Origin: a virus
Lineage: Duplodnaviria; Heunggongvirae; Uroviricota; Caudoviricetes
IMG/VR virus record: IMGVR_UViG_2597490224_000009
Location: 1-4,522 of that record
Reading direction: 5' to 3' (one strand)
Length of the DNA: 4,522 nucleotides
The notes beneath the pieces were generated by a model. The model was not told the DNA's origin, did no database searches, and was given only the letters and a program-made list of their open reading frames with translations. Shown here piece by piece: positions 1 through 4,522 of this stretch (position 1 is the stretch's first letter; every line of letters starts with the position of its first letter). The translations under genes were made by a program, and so were the position numbers.

Positions 1-16
1 CAGTACGCGGTTCATT

Positions 17-154
17 TCACCACCAGCGTATCTGACCGATGAAATAACCAGAGGCCATAATCACAAACACCAGCCAGATAAGAATGAACTTCCAGGTGGA
101 TAATTTTTCAGCCATCACTCGAATCTCCCGAATCAGTTTGCTAAAATCAAACAC
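17..154 (-). CDS. hypothetical small membrane peptide (~45 aa, single predicted TM helix); alternative ATG start at 115 would give 32 aa
   Basis: Read by hand from the minus strand (too short for the ORF track). GTG at 154 is preceded by AAGGAG with a 5-nt spacer; an in-frame ATG at 115 is preceded by GGGAG. Translation ...MAEKLSTWKFILIWLVFVIMASGYFIGQIRWW then TGA at 17-19: a charged N-terminal stretch followed by a ~20-residue hydrophobic segment. Lies just downstream of the terminator that follows the endolysin. Confidence 0.3.
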   Translation of the reverse strand: MFDFSKLIREIRVMAEKLSTWKFILIWLVFVIMASGYFIGQIRWW

Positions 155-190
155 ACTTTCTCCTTTGACTTTTCCGGAGTCAGGAAACAC

Positions 191-223
191 AAAACCCCGC
201 TTGGTGCCAACAAACGGGGTTTT
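191..223. terminator. putative bidirectional intrinsic terminator
   Basis: Inverted repeat AAAACCCCG (191-199) / CGGGGTTTT (215-223) with a GC core, A-run on one side and T-run on the other, so a T-tract follows the stem on both strands. The loop is large (15 nt), hence moderate confidence. Sits ~90 nt downstream of the endolysin stop. Confidence 0.5.
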
Positions 224-313
224 TACTTTTATTCACTTACGTTTCGCCACTTCGCAGGATTTCATGTTATCCGCCCGCGTGGCCATGCCTTATTTTTCAG
301 CAAAATATTCTGC

Positions 314-847
314 TTATCTGTCGATACCCCAGCACGCCAGCGCGCTCTCCTGGTCACGACGGGATACCTGACCGTAGCAGTTGTTTGAACGAATACGGCA
401 GTCTCTGCCACCGTCCTTAATCCACCAGCGAATCGCCTCACACGCTCCCCTGCGATCACCTGCATTAATTCGTTTATAAAACGTCGACGGGAAACACTTA
501 CCGGGACCAATGTTGTACGGACAGAATGACGCGATCCCCGCTTTCTGGGGTTCGCTCAATGGCACTTTGATGTTTTTCTCCACCCATGCCAGCGCCTTAT
601 CACGCTCAATGGCGTTGACCTGGTCGCATTTTTCCTTCGACAGTTTCATACCGGGAAAAACGGGTTTTCCATCCACCATCGTGGCCCCCCGACAGATGGT
701 CCAGTTGCCGGAACCATCGCGGTATGCCGTAGTGTGGTTACCCTCTTTTTCATCCAGAAACTGGTCAAGTATCTGAGGAGCTGATGCGCCTGCTCCAATC
801 AGCGCCAGAACTGCAGCTGACAGGCCGTATTTGATTTTTGCGTTCAT
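314..847 (-). CDS. phage endolysin, GH24 lysozyme with N-terminal SAR (signal-arrest-release) domain; RrrQ / phage 21 R-like
   Basis: 177-aa ORF. The N-terminus YGLSAAVLALIGAGASAP is a Gly/Ala-rich weakly hydrophobic segment typical of SAR endolysins. It is followed by the T4-lysozyme-type catalytic spacing E-x8-D-x5-T (DEKEGNHTTAYRDGSGNWTICRGAT). Length and sequence match my recollection of E. coli Qin-prophage RrrQ (177 aa). Confidence 0.9.
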   Translation of the reverse strand: MNAKIKYGLSAAVLALIGAGASAPQILDQFLDEKEGNHTTAYRDGSGNWTICRGATMVDGKPVFPGMKLSKEKCDQVNAIERDKALAWVEKNIKVPLSEPQKAGIASFCPYNIGPGKCFPSTFYKRINAGDRRGACEAIRWWIKDGGRDCRIRSNNCYGQVSRRDQESALACWGIDR

Positions 848-952
848 GGATATTTATCAGGATTTATCGGTTTCTGAACCCTGGATATGTTTATCTGTCC
901 CGGCCTGTTGAATCAGGCGGGGAAAAGGTAAAGACAATCAAGAGGATTATTT

Positions 953-1225
953 ATGGACAATAGCACCATTTCTCTACAGGAGTTGCTCGACTGCATTTCC
1001 AGGCTTCGGGATGATGTAAATGCCCTCACTGTTGCATTTTCACATCTGGCCTTATCAATTCCCAGGGAGCAAATGCTGCCAACGCTGGCATCCATTCATT
1101 TTGAATCACGCAACCCCAAATGGTCCCAGGAACAACAAAATTCTTTCAAGTGGCTGGCGGCATTGCTGGAAGAAAATTATGCTGGCAAAACTACCATTTC
1201 GGCGGAGTCTTCAGGGAACCAGTAA
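953..1225 (+). CDS. hypothetical protein (90 aa), antisense to the lysis genes, no recognisable family
   Basis: Complete ORF with a well-placed RBS (AAGAGGA ending 7 nt before ATG 953) and TAA stop at 1223-1225. No TM segment or signal peptide; predicted soluble, probably helical. Lies in a ~330-bp segment present beside endolysin copy 1 but absent from the equivalent position beside copy 2. Confidence 0.5.
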   Translation: MDNSTISLQELLDCISRLRDDVNALTVAFSHLALSIPREQMLPTLASIHFESRNPKWSQEQQNSFKWLAALLEENYAGKTTISAESSGNQ

Positions 1226-1325
1226 TCCTTCCCGGTAGCTTTCCTTTGTAGGTTATCCATACATTCTGCGCCTCTAAAATTACGGGGCGCTTTTCCGGCG
1301 ACTGCTCATCCCCTTCACATAACCC
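1197..1325. repeat. direct repeat copy A (~129 bp, near-identical to 1824-1952)
   Basis: Hand alignment: 1197-1325 matches 1824-1952 with about 3 mismatches, all near the left end. Copy A runs directly into the N gap, so its true extent is unknown. Confidence 0.85.
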
Positions 1326-1335
1326 NNNNNNNNNN
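1326..1335. other. assembly/scaffold gap (run of 10 N)
   Basis: Ten consecutive n characters in the sequence; the 185-aa track ORF 1191-1748 reads through it (XXXX). Confidence 0.95.
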
Positions 1336-1748
1336 GCCTCACATGCACCCTTACGATCACCGGCATTCAGCCGCTTATAAAACGTCGACGGGAAACACTT
1401 ACCAGGGCCAATGTTATAGGGACAGAATGACGCGATACCGGCTTTCTGTGGCTCGGTCAGTGGAACTTTTATATTGCGCTCCACCCATGCCAGCGCCTTA
1501 TCCCGCTCAATGGCGTTAACCTGGGCGCATTTTTCCTTCGACAGTTTCATTCCCGGAATAACAGGTTTACCGTCCACCATCGTTGCTCCCCGACAGATGG
1601 TCCATATGCCGGAGCCATCGCGGTATGCAGTGATGTGATTCCCCTCTTTTTCATCCAGAAACTGATCGAGAATGTCAGGCGCGGGCGCACCGACGGCAAT
1701 CAGTGCCAGAACAGCAGCCGACAGGCTGTATCTGATTTTTACGTTCAT
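1336..1748 (-). CDS. phage SAR endolysin, second copy; 3' end (C-terminal ~40 aa) missing at the N gap
   Basis: N-terminal 135 aa of the track ORF 1191-1748 align to the 314-847 endolysin with 15 substitutions (~89% identity), keeping the SAR segment and the E/D/T catalytic spacing. The part of the track ORF below the gap (1191-1325) is repeat copy A, not endolysin. Confidence 0.85.
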
Positions 1749-1811
1749 GGATATTTATCAGGATTTATCGGTTTCTGCCCACGGACAGGTTTATCTGTTC
1801 CGGTCAGTGAC

Positions 1812-2162
1812 TTAAGGTTGTGATTCCGGAGGAGTCTTCAGAGAACCAGTAATTCTTCCCGGTAGCTTTCCTTTGTAGGTTATCCATACATTCTGCGCCT
1901 CTAAAATTACGGGGCGCTTTTCCGGCGACTGCTCATCCCCTTCACATAACCCGGCAGCAACATCCAGGAAGACCTGTCTGATGCTCATTCTGGCTGCTGC
2001 CTCATAAAACTCCAGCGCGGCACCTTCAACACGGTCCAGCGAGATGTCCAGGTCAAAAATTTCACCGTCAAAGCGTTTTTTGTCCCGTAACGCTAAAGTT
2101 ACCGTAACTTTATTCTCAAAATTGCGGATCCCTTTCACAATCAGTTCATAGTTTTGAGTCAT
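1812..2162 (-). CDS. conserved lambdoid lysis-cassette protein between holin and endolysin (YdfR-like); C-terminal ~45 aa lie inside the repeat and may not be native
   Basis: 116-aa ORF with RBS GGGGAGAG ~8 nt upstream of ATG 2162, starting 4 nt after the holin stop. The holin / small protein / endolysin order matches my recollection of essQ-ydfR-rrrQ in the Qin prophage. The family assignment is from memory and unverified. Confidence 0.6.
   Translation of the reverse strand: MTQNYELIVKGIRNFENKVTVTLALRDKKRFDGEIFDLDISLDRVEGAALEFYEAAARMSIRQVFLDVAAGLCEGDEQSPEKRPVILEAQNVWITYKGKLPGRITGSLKTPPESQP
1824..1952. repeat. direct repeat copy B (~129 bp, near-identical to 1197-1325); overlaps the 3' end of CDS 1812-2162
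   Basis: See repeat copy A. Confidence 0.85.
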
Positions 2163-2166
2163 TGAA

Positions 2167-2382
2167 TTACTCTCCCCGTGCAGCCTTACGCTTGTCTTCT
2201 CTGATTTTGAAGTACAGATTTGTCAGATAAGTCAGGAAGCCCAGAACCAGACTCCCCAGTACACCAATCGCAGCCCACTGTGACGGACTGACCTGATCAA
2301 GCCACTGTAAAAACCAGTAGCCAGCACTGCCTGCGGAGGTGCCATAGGCGACACCCGTTGTTAACTTATCCATGGATTTCAT
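2167..2382 (-). CDS. class II holin (pinholin), phage 21 S21 / EssD-EssQ family, with dual-start motif
   Basis: 71-aa product [71 protein letters not shown]: two TM segments, a charged C-terminal tail, and Met1-Lys-Ser-Met4 dual start as in S21 (holin/antiholin). RBS GAGGTG ~8 nt upstream. The track's 92-aa version (to 2445) adds 21 residues that overlap the upstream terminator and is not preferred. Confidence 0.9.
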   Translation of the reverse strand: MKSMDKLTTGVAYGTSAGSAGYWFLQWLDQVSPSQWAAIGVLGSLVLGFLTYLTNLYFKIREDKRKAARGE

Positions 2383-2417
2383 AACCCCACCTCGCAGATG
2401 CGGGTGCTGTGTAATGG

Positions 2418-2443
2418 AAATAAAAAGGCCACCTGACGTGGCC
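2418..2443 (-). terminator. putative rho-independent terminator between the methyltransferase and the holin
   Basis: Minus strand reads GGCCAC-GTCAG-GTGGCC (6-bp GC-rich stem, 5-nt loop; plus 2427-2443) followed at once by TTTTTATTT (complement of 2418-2426). Begins 6 nt after the methyltransferase stop codon. Confidence 0.5.
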
Positions 2444-2449
2444 ACCAGA

Positions 2450-3502
2450 TTATTTCCCCACCAGCTCGTTTATCTCTTTCACTGTCTGGTTAAACCGCTC
2501 TGACTCAAGCTCAACACCTAAGGCCCGACGCCCCAGCGCCATTGCTGCTTTTATTGTGGAACCGGATCCCATAAAAAAATCAGCAACCAGATCACCAGGT
2601 CGACTACTGGCATTGATTATTTGCCTGAGCATATCCGCCGGTTTCTCACACGGATGTTTACCCGGGTAGAACTGAACGGGTTTATGCATCCAGACATCGG
2701 AATAAGGCACGGAGACTGATACGGAGAAATAGCGCCGGAGAGATTTAAACTCATCCAGCAATTCAGAATATTTGCGATTCAGTGAATCATAAGATGCCAC
2801 CAGCTGGTGGTGTGGTTGTTCCAGTTGTTGTTCCTGAAACTTCTCTGCCGCTATACGGGAAAACAGTGCCTGTAACTTCCGATAGTCAGCCTCATTCGGC
2901 AACTGCCACTGACTGGCACCAAACCAGTGGGAAACCATATTTTTCTTACCTGTGGCTTCGGCAATTTGTTTTGCCGTTATACCCAGTTCGGCACGAGCAT
3001 CCCTGAAATACGATATCAGCGGTGCCATTATGTGCTGTTTGAGTTCCCTTTCTTTTGCCGCATAGCCGTCACTTTTGCCGCGATATGGCCCCTGGTAATG
3101 TTCAGCAAACAGAACGCGCTCTGTGGCAGGAAAATATGCGCGCAGACTTTCTTTATTACACCCATTCCAACGTCCGGACGGCTTCGCCCAGATGATATGG
3201 TTAAGCACGTTGAAACGTTCACGCATCATGATCTCAATATCAGATGCCAGGCGATGCCCACAGAACAGGTAAAGGCTTCCGGCAGGTTTTAACACCCGCC
3301 AGAACTGGGCCAGACAGTGGTCCAGCCACTTAAGGTAATCTTCGTCCCCTTTCCACTGATTGTCCCAACCGTTGGGTTTCACCTTGAAGTACGGCGGATC
3401 GGTAACAATCAGGTCAATGGAATCATCAGGCAGGGACTGAATAAAATGCAGGCAATCAGCGTTGATTAAATCAACACTGTTTATTTTTACAGTATTTTTC
3501 AT
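2450..3502 (-). CDS. DNA methyltransferase, beta-class amino-MTase (N6-adenine or N4-cytosine), apparently orphan
   Basis: 350-aa ORF with motif IV DPPY near the N-terminus (IVTDPPYF) and the AdoMet-binding motif I FxGxG near the C-terminus (DFFMGSGST). The IV-then-I order defines the beta class. No restriction endonuclease candidate adjoins it in the window. Weak SD. Confidence 0.9.
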   Translation of the reverse strand: MKNTVKINSVDLINADCLHFIQSLPDDSIDLIVTDPPYFKVKPNGWDNQWKGDEDYLKWLDHCLAQFWRVLKPAGSLYLFCGHRLASDIEIMMRERFNVLNHIIWAKPSGRWNGCNKESLRAYFPATERVLFAEHYQGPYRGKSDGYAAKERELKQHIMAPLISYFRDARAELGITAKQIAEATGKKNMVSHWFGASQWQLPNEADYRKLQALFSRIAAEKFQEQQLEQPHHQLVASYDSLNRKYSELLDEFKSLRRYFSVSVSVPYSDVWMHKPVQFYPGKHPCEKPADMLRQIINASSRPGDLVADFFMGSGSTIKAAMALGRRALGVELESERFNQTVKEINELVGK

Positions 3503-3534
3503 GGATCAGTAAGCGTAACTCTGGTAGGCTCACT

Positions 3535-3554
3535 CTGCTTTTGCGCTAAAGCAG
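3535..3554. promoter_or_regulatory. inverted repeat CTGCTTT-N6-AAAGCAG upstream of the methyltransferase start (candidate operator or RNA hairpin)
   Basis: Perfect 7-bp inverted repeat with a 6-nt spacer, 33-52 nt upstream of the MTase ATG, within a 150-nt non-coding interval (3503-3652). Confidence 0.2.
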
Positions 3555-3652
3555 TGGGCCGTGGTTCGCTTGTGACCAGTAAGCATGAGCGAATGGCTGG
3601 CAGGTGCTACCAACACCCACCAGCCGCCCATTTTCACAGCAGGAAACCGCCA

Positions 3653-3880
3653 TTACTGGCAGCGTCTGAATTTATTCCCGTATCCGCCGTTATCCTTCGC
3701 CAGACCCGCCAGAACTAACTGAGTCAGTATTAACTGGCACCGGGCTTCGCTTACTCCGGTAGTTCTCGTCATCATGCGTGGCGTTACCCACTTGTCAGCA
3801 GGTAAGAAATGAAGGACTGCGGCGGCGGTTTCTGTCATATCTTGCTGTTTTAGCATGTCTTTTTCCCTTCTGGTTAACAT
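3653..3880 (-). CDS. hypothetical small protein (75 aa), possibly helix-turn-helix DNA-binding
   Basis: Complete ORF ATG 3880 to TAA 3653-3655, with an in-frame stop 18 codons upstream so the start cannot extend far. The segment TRTTGVSEARCQLILTQLVLAGLA resembles an HTH recognition helix. Weak SD; family not recognised. Confidence 0.4.
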   Translation of the reverse strand: MLTRREKDMLKQQDMTETAAAVLHFLPADKWVTPRMMTRTTGVSEARCQLILTQLVLAGLAKDNGGYGNKFRRCQ

Positions 3881-4064
3881 GACATACCAATAACTCTTGT
3901 CTAAAAAGCCAGCAAGATAAAAGGTCAGTATTCACGACCACCAGCGTGTTTACTGTACTGCACCAAGTTTACAGGTACAAAAAAACCGCTCAGCGGCGGG
4001 TTTAAGTTGTGTGGCGAAGTAACCACTCTTAACAGCATATTTGATTTTTTACGATTGTAAACGG

Positions 4065-4092
4065 TTGATTATTCATCTCCAATAAAAATAAT
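4065..4092 (+). promoter_or_regulatory. candidate sigma-70 promoter for the lipoprotein gene
   Basis: TTGATT (4065-4070), 16-bp spacer, AATAAT (4087-4092; 5/6 match to TATAAT), about 35 nt upstream of ATG 4127 in an AT-rich interval. Pattern match only. Confidence 0.3.
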
Positions 4093-4126
4093 TGTGTAGG
4101 TATGCCCTTAACAATGGATAAGAAAC

Positions 4127-4522
4127 ATGAATAAAATGACTGTACTATTACTTAGCGCAACTATCATTTCAGGTTGTACTTCTTCCGTACCATTGATAAA
4201 AAAAACTCAATCAGGAAAACCTGAGGGGGTTTATCAAAATACGACAAAAGATAAAGTCAAAGATGCCCTTGTGAATTACTGCAATAGTAGAGGGTTGATA
4301 ATTTACAACGCTGATAACAGCAGTGTTATATGTGGTAAAGAACTGGAAGGCGGGTCTGCTGTTTTTGGACAAATGTTAATCGGCAATGCCTATTCAACAA
4401 CCCCGGTATCAAAAGTCAGATTTACTATCGCTCAAGTTAATAACGATACAAAAGTGTGGGCCGATATGTGGATGGAAACTCAAATGGCAATGGGGCAAGT
4501 ACAACAAATGGCTATAACAGAC
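4127..4522 (+). CDS. putative lipoprotein, 5' partial view (132 codons, continues beyond the window)
   Basis: Hand-read ORF, absent from the track because it has no stop inside the window. N-terminus MNKMTVLLLSATIISGC is a classical lipoprotein signal peptide with lipobox ISG-C; the +2 residue is Thr, not Asp, which suggests outer-membrane sorting. The gene is visibly more AT-rich than the rest of the window. Confidence 0.7.
   Translation, partial: MNKMTVLLLSATIISGCTSSVPLIKKTQSGKPEGVYQNTTKDKVKDALVNYCNSRGLIIYNADNSSVICGKELEGGSAVFGQMLIGNAYSTTPVSKVRFTIAQVNNDTKVWADMWMETQMAMGQVQQMAITD

Noticed and set aside
1-313. Rz/Rz1 spanin genes downstream of the endolysin
   Set aside because: No ORF of suitable length or with an N-terminal TM plus embedded lipoprotein frame; only a 17-aa ORF and the small TM peptide are present.
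84-371. 95-aa plus-strand ORF from the track
   Set aside because: Runs through the bidirectional terminator and into the antisense strand of the endolysin; no RBS and no recognisable features.
262-776. Track ORFs 262-510 (-) and 510-776 (+)
   Set aside because: Both lie inside the endolysin gene in alternative frames or antisense; the endolysin call explains the region.
913-1238. Track ORFs 913-1095 (-) and 1020-1238 (+)
   Set aside because: Overlap the 953-1225 ORF, which has the better RBS and is the longest; these lack start context.
1326-1335. The N run as a biological feature
   Set aside because: Runs of N are ambiguity or gap placeholders from assembly, not sequence.
1191-1748. 185-aa track ORF read as a single protein
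   Set aside because: It spans the 10-N gap and fuses the truncated endolysin with a translation of the repeat; a chimera, not a gene.
1635-1823. 62-aa plus-strand ORF
   Set aside because: Antisense to endolysin copy 2 and its upstream spacer; no RBS.
2383-2445. N-terminal extension making the holin 92 aa
   Set aside because: The extension overlaps the terminator hairpin, the family is 68-71 aa, and the internal MKSM dual start with its own RBS is the canonical start.
2782-3292. Track ORFs 2782-3006 (+), 2927-3292 (+), 3028-3222 (-)
   Set aside because: All fall within the methyltransferase gene in other frames or antisense, with no independent support.
3503-3652. Possible tRNA gene between the 75-aa ORF and the methyltransferase (tRNAs are common in lambdoid late regions)
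   Set aside because: No GTTCGA-type T-loop motif and no cloverleaf-compatible stems on either strand.
1-4522. CRISPR array, IS element or integron signatures
   Set aside because: No regularly spaced short direct repeats, no transposase-like ORF and no terminal inverted repeats; the only large repeat is the duplicated lysis segment.

Overview
The window is the lysis region of a lambdoid (phage 21 / Qin-type) enterobacterial prophage, read almost entirely on the minus strand. In transcription order it holds an orphan beta-class DNA methyltransferase (2450-3502), an intrinsic terminator, a class II pinholin (2167-2382), a small conserved lysis-cassette protein (1812-2162) and a SAR-type GH24 endolysin. 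The endolysin module occurs twice: a complete copy at 314-847 and a second copy at 1336-1748 that is cut off by a 10-N gap (1326-1335). Each copy sits beside a ~129-bp near-identical flank, and copy 1 additionally carries an antisense 90-aa ORF of unknown function (953-1225). No Rz/Rz1 spanin genes follow the complete endolysin; a bidirectional terminator and a 45-aa single-TM peptide ORF (17-154) sit there instead. At the right end are a 75-aa minus-strand ORF and a divergently oriented, AT-rich lipoprotein gene (4127 onward) that runs off the window. No rRNA, tRNA, CRISPR array or IS element was seen. Family assignments rest on reading motifs and on recalled similarity to phage 21 / E. coli K-12 cryptic-prophage proteins; no database search was run. 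The best candidates for something undescribed are the antisense ORF inside the lysis cassette, the small TM peptide in the spanin position, and the AT-rich lipoprotein gene.
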